Part shown: piece after piece, positions 16,969 through 46,023 of the stretch
Numbering within the stretch: position 1 is the stretch's first letter
Layout of the letters: the number at the start of each line of letters is the position of its first letter
Source: the human T2T-CHM13v2.0 reference genome, Homo sapiens
Length of the DNA stretch: 64,000 bases
NCBI RefSeq assembly: GCF_009914755.1
Contig: NC_060947.1
Reading direction: 5' to 3' (one strand)
The notes under the pieces: model-generated
What the model was told of the DNA's origin: nothing
What the model saw: the letters and a program-made list of their open reading frames with translations, nothing else
The model's database searches: none
Made by a program: the position numbers and the translations under genes

Positions 16969-17126
16969 ACTGAAATTGAATGTATTCACAATCAGGCTGA
17001 TAGTTAACTCTAAAAATAGAGTACGGGATCAAACAAATGTATTCCTCAATGGAATAAGTGAGGTTGAAACTCGGTCTAATGTATGAGGAAACCATACCAT
17101 GTGAATGACCTAGTGGTTTAAAACAG

Positions 17127-17413
17127 TTTTTTTTTTTCCATAGGTTATTGGGAAACAGGTAGTGTTTGGTTACATGAGTAAGTTCTTTAGTGGTGATTTG
17201 TGAGATTTTGTTTACCCATCACCAGAGCAGTATACACTGCACCCTATTTGTAGTTTATCCCTTTCCCCCAGAGTCCCCAAAGACTATTGTGTCATTCTTA
17301 TGCCTTTGCATCCTCATAGCTTAGCTCGCACTTATAAGTGAGAACATAGGATGCTTGGTTTTCCATTCCTCAGTTACTTTACTTAGTATAATAGTCTCTC
17401 ATCTCATCCAGGC
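17127..17413 (-). mobile_element. Second L1PB 3' end fragment
   Basis: Same L1PB 3' UTR motif after a poly-T run. Confidence 0.8.
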
Positions 17414-17516
17414 CTTGATACTGAGTTTTTTTTTTTTGAGAAATATCCATACTGTTTTCCATAGTGGCTTTAATAATTTGTGTTTCTATGAGCAGTGTAT
17501 AGAGTTTACTTTTCTT

Positions 17517-23110
<5,594 letters not shown>

Positions 23111-23127
23111 TAGAGTTTACTTTTCTT

Positions 23128-29760
<6,633 letters not shown>

Positions 29761-30359
29761 CCCAGGCTGATTTTGAACTCCTGGGCTCAAGGAATCCTCC
29801 CACCTCAACCTCCCAAAAAGCTGGGATTACAGGCATGAGCCATCAAGCCTGGCCTTCTTTGTCTTTTTAATTATAGCCTTCTTACTGGTTTAAGATGATA
29901 TCTTATTGTGGTTTTGATTTGCTAATGTTGAGCATTTAAAAATATACCTGTTGGCCATTTGTATGTCTTCTTTCATCACCTATCCTTTGGGCTATTGCAA
30001 TGGCCTCCTAATTAATAAATATATATTGTGACAGCATTTTTTCCAACACAAAAAATAGTGACACCCAACAAATCTGACAAAGGATTTTTTTTAAAAAAAG
30101 ACAACTTTCAGTTATGAAAGGCAATCTGAGGGATGGACATCAGATGTCAAGTATCAGGGTTCGGGTTATGAATCTTACAGTTCTAGTAGTTCAGAAGAGG
30201 AAGAGATCACTTCCATTTTGGTTATCAGGGAAACATTTATACAAGAGCTTGGTTTTAAGGAACAAGATAGGCAGAGAGCACAGTATGAACAAATGCACAT
30301 AGCATATTTGTTAGTGGTGATGTTGGAGTAGACTTATTTGTTTGGAATAGAGAGTTCAT

Positions 30360-30532
30360 GCAGTTTTTCCTAATTGATGATAATTATCATTTTGGGTGCT
30401 TGTTAAATATACAGATTAGCAAACCTCTGGATTAGAAATTTTGATTCAATAGGTCTGAGTGAGGGTATAGGAGTCAGTGTTTTTAACAAGCATATCAGAT
30501 GATTCTTAGGTTCAGGGAAATTTGGGAAACAC
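30360..30532. mobile_element. MER5-like hAT fossil
   Basis: gcttgttaaatatacagatt...tttttaacaagca...gatgattct...tttgggaaacac. Confidence 0.6.
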
Positions 30533-30777
30533 AGAACTGTAGAGAGAATAATGGCAGATCAAGGTGGAATGGAAAGTAGGAGCTAGATTATGTAAGACTT
30601 TCAATGCCAGGTGCAGCAGCTCAGAATGTTGTCACCGAATATGAGCAATAGCTAACATTTGGAAGTCTGTGATTATCTTCTGGTTTCCACACTGGAAATG
30701 CTGCCAGTATTATGACTGTGGATAGCATAGGTTATGAGCTGTTGTCTTGTTTACATTGGAGGAACTGTCAGGTTTAC

Positions 30778-30927
30778 CTGGACTCTGCAAAAATATGTAG
30801 TTGCAGGAATGAGACCTTTAACTTCATAGCTCAAGCAAGGGCCTGTGTAAATCAAGTGCACTGATTTTTCAATTTGTCCACACTCTAGCCTGTAATCAGT
30901 GATTTCAGCACCATTGCACACAGGAAT
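30778..30927 (-). pseudogene. FNDC3CP: FNDC3CP exon, open frame (IPVCNGAEITDYRLECGQIEKSVHLIYTGPCLSYEVKGLIPATTYFCRVQ)
   Basis: 150 nt, cag/gt boundaries; aligns to FNDC3A VPLSNGTDVTEYRLEW...SYEIKGLSPATTYYCRVQ. Confidence 0.92.
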
Positions 30928-31496
30928 CTGAAAGATGCAGTAGAGAAATTGAGCTCTTTCTCTAGGTAGTCACTATACTAGATACTGTCGAGAGTTACAA
31001 CATGATCCTTTCAGTGCCAAAGCTTATAATCTATTAAATGCTATGAGATACAGACAAGTGTAGAAATAGTTAAGCATAAGGCAGTATACTATAATTAACA
31101 TTAAAAGGCTCAAATAAAATTAAGAAAAAGGATCATCTAATTCACATATTAGATGAATGCTTTTTAAAAATTTATTAAAATTATTTTTAAGTGAGTTACT
31201 TAAAAAACAGCAAACATATATACTAATGTTGCTTTATATTACTATTGGTTACTGGGATGAAACACAAACCCCAGTATTCTCTGGTATTTATACAGTGATA
31301 CAGTGATATAATCATACCTGTCATCTATTATTAAGAGACTAAGGCTTTTTGTTAACGCTACACATACCCTGCTAGAGTCTGGGGAAAAGGGAAGAAAAAT
31401 TTAAAGATACTTACGTGGCTAAATAATTAGGTCATTTTTTTAAGAGCTTTGTTTGAATGGGAAAATATTTACATGGATGTAAAAAAGTTATTTAGT

Positions 31497-31796
31497 TATT
31501 TTTTTTTGAGATGGATTTTTGTTCTTGTTGCCCAGGTTGGAGTGCAATGGTGCCATCTTGGCCCACCGCAACCTCCGCCTCCAGGGTTCAAGTGATTTAG
31601 TGATTCTCCTGCCTCAGCCTCCCGAGTAGCTGGGATTACAGGCATGCGCCACCACGCCCGGGTAATTTTGTATTTTTAGTAGAGACAGGGTTTCTCCATG
31701 TTGGTCAGGCTGTCTTGAACTCCTGACCTCAGGTGATCCGCCTGCCTCGGCCTCCCAAAGTGCAGGGATTACAGGTGTGAGCCACTGCGCCTGACC
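31497..31796 (-). mobile_element. Alu (AluS-like)
   Basis: Reverse Alu body with poly-T. Confidence 0.9.
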
Positions 31797-32867
31797 AAAA
31801 GTTTTTTTTTTTTTAAAGCTTCATTAACTTATAGCCACATTTCTTATGTGTCATACTGTATAGTTACATGCAAGCAAACATGACCAGAGATTTCCCAATG
31901 AAGCTTTAAAAAATGCTAAGTTCTATAAATTGATTTAACTTTATCTCTTATTTTAGTTTTAAAAATTAAATTAGTGACCTATTGATATTCTACTTGGTTT
32001 TCCAAATGTATTACTTTCCTCAAATATAGGCTCTGTAGGGCAGGATTAGTATTGCTATAGCCTTCCTAATACCATTAGTATTACGTTCTAGGTGTGTTCC
32101 AGAAACCATGATCCAAGATTTGTGAGATTCTAATTCTAAACTCTGACTCCTTAGGGAGTTCCAGAGTTTCCAAAAAAGGTTCTAAAAAAATTACTGTGCT
32201 TTTATAATAATCATAAGTTAATAACAATACATTGATAACATACTCCCCAACTAACAACAGCACAGTTTGGACCCTTTCAGGTTAGTACAGGTGTACCACA
32301 TTGAGAAGGAGGGCCTGGGACTGATGGCGGTTTCACACTTCATTGAAAGATCCAAACTACAAACAAACAAATAAGCAAACATACAAATGATTGTGCAGGC
32401 ATGATCACTTCCCACCTTGACGGGAAGTAGCAGCATATATCCATCCAAAGTGAAATGGACTACAAATGGGACAACTTAACAATATAACTTCTCTATCCCT
32501 ATTTGCTGTTTTTAACTAGAAACTGTGGATTCTACGGGAATTAATTTACTCAATCTGTATTTCACGTCAGAGCCAGGGTGCCCTTGTGTGTCATCTTGGT
32601 TACCGTTTGCTTTTTTGACATATACAAGTTCTTCAGGGTTTCCATTAGCAAGATAATTGTCTATAAAAATATACAAAATCAAACTTAAAGTATTTTGTAA
32701 ATAGTTTTAAAGGTGCTTCTCTAGAATTATACAAAATAATTTGAGAAGACTGTTAAAACAAAGTAACAGAAGACTCAAAATGTAGTAATTTGTGTCAATT
32801 AATTTTTAAATTTTATTTACAGACTTCAAAAAAATTTGTGGTTTCAATTACTAAGTAAGAAACAACT

Positions 32868-33175
32868 GGCCAGGCTCGGTGGCTCCTGCCTGTAATCTCA
32901 GTGCTTTGGGAGGATGAGGTGGGAGGATCACTTGAGGCCAGGAATTCATGACCAGCCTGGGCAACAAAGTGAGACCCTGTTTCTACAAAAAATAAAAAAT
33001 GTAGCTGGATATGACAGTGGATGCCTGTAGTCCCAGCTACTCAGGAGGCTGAAGAGGGAGGTTTGCTTGAGCCCAGGGGTTCAAGGCTGCAATGAGCTAT
33101 GATTACTGTCAGTGCACTCCAGCTCGGGTGACAGAGTGAGACCCGGAGTCTAAAAAATGAACAAAGTAAAAAATG
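32868..33175 (+). mobile_element. Alu (AluJ-like)
   Basis: Dimeric Alu; TSD-like aaacaa(c/t)tggc. Confidence 0.88.
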
Positions 33176-33703
33176 AAACAATTGGCTGACCAATATTTGA
33201 TTATATTCTAAAAGAAAATCACTGGTTCTGCTTTAGTATCATTTAATATATAAAAAACCAAAAGTTACAAAACAGGAAATGTAGGCTTAGTCATACAAAT
33301 CACACAAAGAAGCCTCACTGCATAGGAGATTGGTTTCTCTGGACTTTGTCTTACCATTCAAGGGTGGAGGACAGCAAGATGCAGGAGAAAGAGTAGGTGT
33401 TTGAATAGTCAATATATCTGAAGGCTAAGAGAAAGAAAAAATACCTTATGACTGTACTGATTCAAGTTCAGTTTTGTAAAACATTTAGTAATATGATACA
33501 GCTCATTTCAGTCTTCAATTTAAAATGTTTTCCATCCTTCTTTTCTCACCTGTCTGGCCTATAAGTGAGGTATAAAAGACTCTCAGTTTATATGCAGTAT
33601 CATGTTGCAGGTGATTATGTAGAAATTCCTTTGTTGCCACTGTAAATTATGTTTCAGAGATTCACTGAAGGGATAAAAGCAAATTTATTCAATTTATTTA
33701 TAG

Positions 33704-34010
<307 letters not shown>

Positions 34011-34184
34011 TTGCTTATAAATGTTACCGGTTTCCATGATATCTCATGTATATACTAAGAATAACAATTTTGGAAATGAAGTTGGTCCAGTTATCTATTT
34101 CAATAGTAAAATAATATATGCCCCGTGAATTAACCATAAAATCGTAAGATATCAGTCAGTAAACATGATTTATTACTAAAAACT

Positions 34185-34390
34185 GCAGAAATTCAAGTAA
34201 TTTCTCGGGTTTAGGTGATAGTATTATCTCAATGCCAATTTCCTAGTTTTGATCATTGTACTATGGTTATGTAAAATATTAATCTTAGGAGAAGCTGAGT
34301 GAAGATTTTACATGGGAACTCTCTATACCTTTTTTTTTTTACAACTTCTAGTGAGTCTAAAATTGTTTCAAAATAAAATATTTTTAAAAA
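34185..34390 (+). mobile_element. Old L1 (L1MC-type) 3' end
   Basis: ttttgatcattgtactatggttatgtaa...gggaactctctata...gtctaaaattgtttcaaaataaaa. Confidence 0.65.
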
Positions 34391-35080
34391 TCATGATGCC
34401 TTACCATCTGAATTTTCACTAACTTCTAAACTGTAACTTGAAATGTATGTTCCACCATTATCTTTGGATGGTTCTGAAAAGAGAAATAAAATCAAAATTA
34501 TTCTTGAATAAACTTAAAAGTCTCCCACTGGAATGTTATCTCATGAGTTAAGAAACATTTTTCACAGAGGAAAAAATATAAACATGAAACAATAGTGTAT
34601 TAATAACCACATATTAATAAAGATAATAAAAACATAATTCGAGTTACATGTTTGGAATATTAGAAATGAAGCATTTAAATAAATATTGTAAAGTTATTTG
34701 CAAGAGATTGAAAAGCTAAGTATATGTGCCATAAAGTTGATTTCTCTAGTTTAGAGAGAAAATAATTTGTATGAATATAATTTCTTAAGCTGACATTTAT
34801 CATTGATGTGGCCTTCTAATTGTGGCCTCCATATTAGATGTAATCTTATTTAAGGACACATAAAGCTCAATAATGTGTTCATTTGCAAATTAATGAGATA
34901 GCAAGAGAGAACTAGAAAAATAATATAGTTTACAACTAAACTCATTTATATGGCAGAATATCTCACATATAAATGACTAAAAGAACATTTTATAAAGCTG
35001 AGGACAATGAGAGGAAGATTTCTTCTCAATAGTTAATATTAAGACAGAGGGAAAATTTTAAATACAAAAACATTACTTAC

Positions 35081-35219
35081 TCCATCCAATTTTTACACTG
35101 TGTGCATGGACCTTTCCCTTTATATATGGTTTTCTAGGGGATCCGGTTTTATCTGGACAGGTTGTATATTTTACTTCTCCACTGCTGTTGCTTCTTCCTT
35201 CCATATTGCAGGCAAAGAT
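35081..35219 (-). pseudogene. FNDC3CP: FNDC3CP exon, open frame (IFACNMEGRSNSSGEVKYTTCPDKTGSPRKPYIKGKVHAHSVKIGW)
   Basis: 139 nt, cag/gtaagt; aligns to FNDC3A ...EFTTCPDKPGIPVKPSVKGKIHSHSFKITW. Confidence 0.92.
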
Positions 35220-35529
35220 CTGTTTAAATAAAAGAGGATGATATGGTTGACCATTGCAAATAAACGTCTGATTTGAAAATGTTCAGTTTGCAAATATAAA
35301 GTAAGTTGAGTGAGCATTTCTAAGAACTAAATGCAAAATAAGGTTTGATTTCAAACAAAATATACTCATTTCTCTGGTGAAAAGTATAATTTTATATTAA
35401 AATATGACACAAATTTATAAAGTATAGCCACATACCCTTGTATGTAGTACTTCTCTGAAGACTTCTTGTAGTGCATGAAAGGTCTTCTCCATTGTATTTC
35501 GGCTTAAAATCTAAACCCTAGAAATACAA

Positions 35530-35750
35530 TGAACTTTGGAACTGGGCAAGCCTGCATTACAACTTCAACTTATTTTCCATCTGGGTGATTCTGAGCAAGT
35601 CCCTTAGTCTCTCTGAACTTCAGTTTCTCTATATAAAAAATGGAGATAATTTCTACTTTGACGGCCTCATTCCTTTGGGGGGATTTAATGAGATAATGAA
35701 TGTGAAAGCACTTAGCACGTTACTTGCAACATAGAACACTTCTCAACATT
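35530..35750 (+). mobile_element. MIR
   Basis: tctctctgaacttcagtttctc...aaaatggagataat...aatgagataatgaatgtgaaagcacttagcac. Confidence 0.75.
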
Positions 35751-37416
35751 TATCTACTTTATGTAAACTGTGGTAAAATATACATAATGTAATTTACAGC
35801 TGCTTTACAAATTTACCAGCCTATTCAGTACAGACTTGAAAGTTCAGGATGGAATGAAATAGTTGCCCACCCTTATCAGGAATCCAGTTATATGAACAAA
35901 GGGTAGAAATATGTTGAGGTGCTGAAGATTTATGTGACTATGCAAGATTGTCTGGTATAGGCCCAAAGTTAAAAACTAACACGCTTCTCTGAGTCTCTAT
36001 GCTATTGTTATGGCTGCTGCTGCTTCTAGCTAATTTGCAGAGACTTGAGTACTTTTAGATCTTTCTGTGCAGAATTGCCTAACCCCAGCTCCGCATTGGC
36101 CCCATCAGGAACACAGGAAGTCGGGAATCACGCAATTCCTGGCCCAACCTTGGCTCTGCATTGGCTCCCTGCAGAACACAGGGACTTGGGAATCATGCAA
36201 TTCCTGAATGAATCGATTGAGTAGAAAGCAAATTGATTAAATTAAAAATCTTCTCAAGTGCGGAATCCATATAACATATACCTAAAACTGAGGTTGAAGA
36301 TTAAAGCATATGAAAGAAAAGCTTACAGATCCTGCTTCCTCCATTTCTAGTACATAAGTAGGAGTGTCATTTGGGTTTGTGTTGGGGCACACCAGTCTAC
36401 TGACAACAGATTCCTTTCCTGCTTCTTTTAGCTTAGGAGGTGGAGGTGTTGCAGGCATAGTTCCTGATGTATGGAAGACTGCTATTTAACTGAAATCACT
36501 GAAGAATAGATTAAGATGGAAAATTAGTCTCAGATTCTTATTGAAGTATAGACTTAAATATTGTAAATATTTAAATATACTTCAAGCCAAAGTTGTTTCT
36601 GGTAGCTAATCTGAATGAGTATTTTGTAGAAATACTCAGTTCAATTATCTTGTGCTGTTTCATGGTACTCATATAGCAACTTTTGAAGTCTTCACCTTTG
36701 CCTTTAATAATAGACACAAAATACTAGAATATCATAAAATGCTACAGTTAACAACAAAAATTCATCATAACATTAATAATCATCCACAAACAAGTGCTTT
36801 TTAAAAATAAAACTGTATACTTCATCCCATTCCAAAAGGAAGCTGTTTATTTTGGAACGATTATCATTGAAACCCTAAAAATGTTTTTAAAAAGTCATGA
36901 GGGGCTGTTTTTACATGGAATACATATATATATGCTAAATACATGTATGCATATGTATATAAATTTAAAGCTATATGTTACTCTAAAATTAATCTGCTTA
37001 TATTTTATGAAGCAATCCAGATTTTAAAGCTAAAACGCACTTTTTACACTCTACAAGACATCCTTAGATTCTATGTGTTGTTATGTTTTCCAAATTGTAT
37101 ACAATGAAAAAAATTGGAACTTAAGCAAATTGAGAGGTAAATTTATTGGTAACTACAATGATAAATAATTAAGTTGTAGAAATCGATACTCCAACTTTTA
37201 TTAATTATTGAAATTCTTACAAACATTTCTCAATTTTCCTTGATGCTTGGTATATAGAAGGGAAAGATTATTATGAATAATACAAAGTGCTAGGGAAATA
37301 AGTCGGATGAGGCATGCATCATTCTATACAATTTAGGACACTGTAGGAAGAGTATTTTTAAATTATAAAAACATGATCAGGTGCTTTTGATAGTAAAATC
37401 CTTACTTTCCACTGTA

Positions 37417-38708
37417 AATTCAGGCTGCTCTTGGATCTGTTAATGAGTCTGGGTGCAAGTGGAGGGTCCAGTTTGCATCTTGGGGTTATGAAACTAACCA
37501 CTTCAAACACAGTTGTGTGTTCTGAGCCTCTTATGGTTGTTACTCTAAAAATGTAATGACAATTGTAAACTTTCAAATATTTATCCTAACATACATGATA
37601 AATTGCAAACTTGGGTTTCAGACATATTTCCTATGAGCTAAGTATAAGAAATTTACTAATAAAAATTTTCTAATAGAGCAAAGTTGAGTCCCTGCAAATA
37701 ATGATTCTCAAAGCACTCTTACCTGTTCCAAATGAAAGAAAATGAACTAATGCTAGATATTGAGGAGGCTATTTTGAAGCTTGAAGGCAAGGTCACTTTG
37801 TTGGCAAATAGTAAGGCAGACTGAAGGAATTATAAGTAGTAACTGATACAGACTGGAGAGTCTGGGGGATATGGGGTGGTGTACTTTGTTTAGAATGAAG
37901 TTCTTACCTTAAAAACTAGGCCATGGATGGTTGTAGATCAACTAGGGTAAATGTAACTCCATCACCACTGTGAAGATAATCTTTGTTTACAATGGATCTC
38001 ACACATATTTAAAAGCTAAGTAAGCAGTGCTAATCGTATATATTCAACTGACAAAAAAAGAGAAGCACAATTGAAATTTGGATAACTTTAACCCATTTTA
38101 TGTGCATGCAAGATAGTGATTTAATAATTCATTACACTTTATTTGCATACCAAATTAATCCAGCTTTAAGAAATGAAATTTTACTATTTTACCATTGCGC
38201 ATTCTTCACACTGTAATAGTGCAGACTTCCCTTCAACTAGTTTATTTTAAATAATATAGATATGAAAAGCCTCAAAGAAACCATGAATCATGAAATTTAT
38301 TCATTCAGTCACCAAGAAAAATTTTCCTGGGGTGGGCACCTATCTGCTACAATGAATAGAGTGACTGCTCCCAAACAAATGCCTTCCTGAGCAAACAATC
38401 ACAAGTACCTAGGTGTGTTCTACCACCTTAAGAAACTCCTTCAGGCTACAGACTCTAAAATGTCCTCCAAAAAAAGGTAAAAAGATTGATACTTCCAAGC
38501 ACAGGCCACTCAGGGTGACCAGAGGTATCGGAAATAATATTTTCAATTAAAAATAATAATTTTTATAAAGTGCATAATACCAGACAAATACCACCATGCA
38601 AATTCATACAAAAGTCAATTTTACAAATAGCTTTTCATCACGTTACACTTTCCCATCCCCCTATCCAATATAGAAGGTTACAGATTGTAATACTTAGACT
38701 TAAAAATT
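37417..38708 (-). repeat. Left arm of 1,292-bp inverted repeat
   Basis: Base-by-base reverse complement of 61289-62580; 10 substitutions and no indels seen. Confidence 0.97.
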
Positions 38709-40390
38709 AATCTTTTGTCCATTCAACCTGGAAGTTTTCTGCTTATATAAATTAAGTATGAATGCAATAGGCTTCCTATCAATCTGGCTTCTAGGAACAC
38801 CATGATTAATTAGCCAATGGCAGAGCTCTACATTAGTCAGACTATTCTGATTGCTGCTTTGCCTCTGCTGTCCATTATGGTACCTACATCTACCTTGCCT
38901 TTGACAGCTGAGTGCCACCACTTGGCCCCTGCCACCTCAGGATCCAATTATTCCCATTGTACTTAAATTTTGTAGTTGAGTGACTGCAGTTCCCACTGCT
39001 AGATCTGACATACAGAGAAAAGCAATTACAGGGCTCTTCAAAGATGCAGGTGCTGCCCTCACAAATCTATTTTGCAAGGCATTGGTCAAGGATATATCTT
39101 CTGGATCCTCCCAGCTGGGATGAGTAGGTCTAAAGTGACTAATCCACTCCACCATCCCAATATCCCTAAGATTTTGGATCCCATCCTCTACATTAAACCA
39201 AGGGAGATCAGGCATTTCCAGCTTGCTCACAGTGGGCCATCTTTTAATCCATATTTCAGCTAACAAAGCAAATAGACTATTAGAACCTTTTCTATCTCCC
39301 TGAGCTGCAACATTAAATGCAGAATCCCTACTTACTGGGCCCAAATTAATACATTCAGCCTCATCCAAGTCTATGTTCCTTCCATCATTATCCCACATCC
39401 TTAATATCCATTCCCATTCCTGTTATCCAGATTTCCACTTATATAGATTAGAAAACTCAAGCAGTTTTTTTTGAGTGTAGTGCACCTCCAAATGGGTCAC
39501 ACTCTGAACCTCACCTCTAGGGGCCTGCTGGGACTTTAGTTATATGTCTAGAAGCAAACAGGGATGTTGGGGGTGGCTCCTGAGGAAAATAAACATTATT
39601 TTGTCTGGCAGCTACCTTACGGGAGGCCATCACTGTTGCCTCAGGCAGTGAAGGGTTTATCTCAGACAAAGATGGAAAGTCTGATGGCAGCATGGGTTGG
39701 GGAGGGGATGTTGCCACGACTAGGGGTGGAGAAGCTGTTCCTTCTGGCAAAAAAGGTTCATCAGAGTTTATAAGCTCAGTGTCCCCAGCTTCATCAGAGT
39801 CCCTGTTCCAAGTTGCATGGTCTCATTCTTTTCCAATCAATACCCTCACTTTAACAGTAGACACATGGCAAGGCTGTGCATGCACCTTTCATTTCAGGTC
39901 AGCCACTCACATGATAGGAGCTTGTATCTGTTTTTCCACAATTTTAGCTCTTTCTCTACAGAAGATAATACTCTCACTCAGGGCAATCTGAACAAACTTG
40001 AGGCTCAGTAACTGCTTCTGAAGCCAGGAGTTAGAATCCCTGAATTCATCATTTTCTTTCATCACTTTGTCCAGTGAGCTTAGGAGCAACCAGCCAACTT
40101 CATTATGTTCCTTGGTTCTCCACATATAGTGAAAGGTATTATGTATAGAGTCACTAAACTCCTTACCTCTCATGAGTGGTGAATCAGGAGTGTCAAATGC
40201 ATTATTTTGCATAACTCTCTAAACAGTTCATGCCATGGACTCTCAGTGTTCTCCATACTATTAGAAGTAGAGTCCTTAGCATTTTGGGGTCTAATCATAT
40301 TAAGCAGCCAACTCCAGAAACCCCCAAATCAATGAAAGAACTCCATCCTTAATATTCTGATACTCTAGAACCACTCCTGGTAACAAAATC
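38709..40390 (-). mobile_element. HERV-L internal 5' part (PBS, leader, decayed gag), truncated at the inverted-repeat arm
   Basis: gag-like ORF fragments 38937-39398 and 39907-40212; directly follows the MLT2A LTR. Confidence 0.85.
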
Positions 40391-40551
40391 TATATTACTC
40401 AGAGTTCTATAGAGGTATAGAACTATTAGAATATATATATACTAATATATATATACTAATATATATACTAATATATATACTAATATATATACTAATATAT
40501 ATATACTAATATATATACTAGTAAATATATATATACTAATATACATATATA

Positions 40552-40603
<52 letters not shown>

Positions 40604-40991
40604 TTTATTAAGTAGTATTAACTCACACGATCACAAGGTCCCACAATAGGCCATCTGCAAGCTGAGGAGCAAGGAAGCCAGTCTGAGTCCCAAAGCTGAA
40701 GAACTTGGAGTCTGATGTTCGAGGGCAGGAAGCATCCAGCATGGGAGAAAGATGTAGTCTGGGAGGCTAAGCCAGTCTAACTTTTTCACGTTTTTCTGGC
40801 TGCTTCACATTCTGGCTGGGCTGGCAGCTGATTAGATGCTGCCCACCACCCAGATTAAGGGTGGGTCTGCCTTTCCCAGACCACTGACTCAAATGTTAAT
40901 CTCCTTTGGCAACACCCTCACAGACATGCCCAGGATCAATACTTTGCATCCTTCAATCCAATCAAATTGACACTCAGTATTAACCACCACA
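40391..40991 (-). mobile_element. MLT2A (HERV-L 5' LTR) with expanded TA-rich tract
   Basis: Reverse complement starts tgtggtggttaatactgagtgtcaatttgattggattg; characteristic internal (TA)n. Confidence 0.9.
40430..40600. repeat. (TATATACTAA)-like minisatellite plus (TA)n
   Basis: Directly visible. Confidence 0.95.
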
Positions 40992-41224
40992 GTGAGTGAG
41001 TTCTCACATTTGTTCATTTAAAAGTGTGTGGCATCTTCCCTACCCACTCTCTTGTTTGCTCCTGCTTTTGCCATTTGATGTGCCTGCTCCACCTTCACCT
41101 CCTGCCATTGTAAGCTTCCTTAGGCCAACCTAGAAGCCTAGCATATACCAGAACCATGCTGCCTGTAAATCCTGCAGAACAGTAAGCCAGTTAAAACTCT
41201 TCTCTTTATAAATTACCCAGTCTC
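40992..41224 (+). mobile_element. MST-family MaLR LTR fragment
   Basis: tttaaaagtgtgtggca...ctttataaattacccagtctc. Confidence 0.75.
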
Positions 41225-44990
<3,766 letters not shown>

Positions 44991-45519
44991 CTATATTTTG
45001 GATGTTAATTTTGTTTACATTCAGAAAACCAAAATATCCTTTAGTTATTAGGATCTCATTTAAAGGCTAGAGAATAGCAACCACAACAACAAATTTTGGT
45101 GTTCTGTAGCTTCAGTTCTCAACTGAAAGGAATTTTATCCTTCATGTACTTATCCCTACATATTCTGGTTCTCCATCTAAGCTGCCTCTTAAAATCGTGA
45201 ATAAATGAATTTCATGCAAAATATGTATACCACATAATTTTTTCTAGTTGCCTGCTAGTAAAAAGATTGTGAGTTATTCTACAGTCCTAACGAGTTAACA
45301 TGATTTTATTGAAACTGGGGACTTTTGTTAAAATTTGTTTAATAGTATATCCTTTAGACTACCCTCGCATTTTAAATATTTTAATGTTAGTTGCTATTAG
45401 GTGTTTGGAAGAACTCTTGGTGATTATGTATTTATAGTTGCATAACAGACATCTAACTCCTTTCCCTTGTTTTTGCCAATGTAATATTTTGTTTTGGGTT
45501 GCTCTTTTTTTACTTTTAG

Positions 45520-45570
45520 AGCAAAGCAGAAAATGGAAACTCATGTTGTTTCAACATTGGGAAACCTGTA
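45520..45570 (+). pseudogene. FNDC3CP: FNDC3CP exon on the opposite strand (...CCFNIGKPV)
   Basis: tttag acceptor, gtaagt donor; ends like FNDC3A LLSNIVKPV / FNDC3B ILSGIEKPQ. Confidence 0.75.
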
Positions 45571-45881
45571 GTAAGTAATTAAAGTGCATATTTAAGTATT
45601 CTTTTTAATTTGTCAGTGTAAAACATACACATTCTCTACTACAGTTTTAATTTCAAGCTTTACCTGGTTAAAACTTTGATAATCTCCTTTAGCAATTCAA
45701 TAAGTAAGGATCAAGTGTGACATTGTTAAAAATAAAATTAATGGTCCATTGTTTAATCACAGTATTTAAGCACCTAATATGAGGAGAACAATATGCTTAG
45801 CATCAAATAAGACTTAAAGACTGCATCATAACTTACAGAGTATAATTTTTAAGTATGCTACTTGAATTTTTGTTATTTTAG

Positions 45882-46023
45882 GTTTCTGATAGTCAAACAA
45901 GATCTGCTGTTATTTCAGGGACTCTACATGGTTCTGAGATGTGTGACCATACTAAATCTCCTATAACATTGAATTGGCAATATCTAACCGTGGTAAAAAT
46001 GGAAAATATAATAACATATATAA
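45882..46023 (+). pseudogene. FNDC3CP: FNDC3CP exon on the opposite strand (VSDSQTRSAVISG...ELAISNRGKNGKYNNIY), frameshifted, donor lost
   Basis: tttag acceptor; aligns to FNDC3B VSNIQARAVVLSW...YEVALSDKGRDGKYKIIY. Confidence 0.85.

Noticed and set aside
16969-17126. Non-repeat fragment between two L1PB ends with NYQPDCEY, vaguely FN3-like
   Set aside because: Similarity too weak and no clear splice sites; cannot be called an FNDC3CP exon
32081-32263. 60-aa ORF among the FNDC3CP exons
   Set aside because: Does not align to the expected FN3 sequence; the flanking exons already join colinearly
37723-37820. Exon-like segment (cag...CAG|gtaaga) in both repeat arms
   Set aside because: No FNDC3 similarity; at most a cryptic exon
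40430-40600. Regular repeat array
   Set aside because: Simple TA-rich expansion normal for MLT2A; not CRISPR-like
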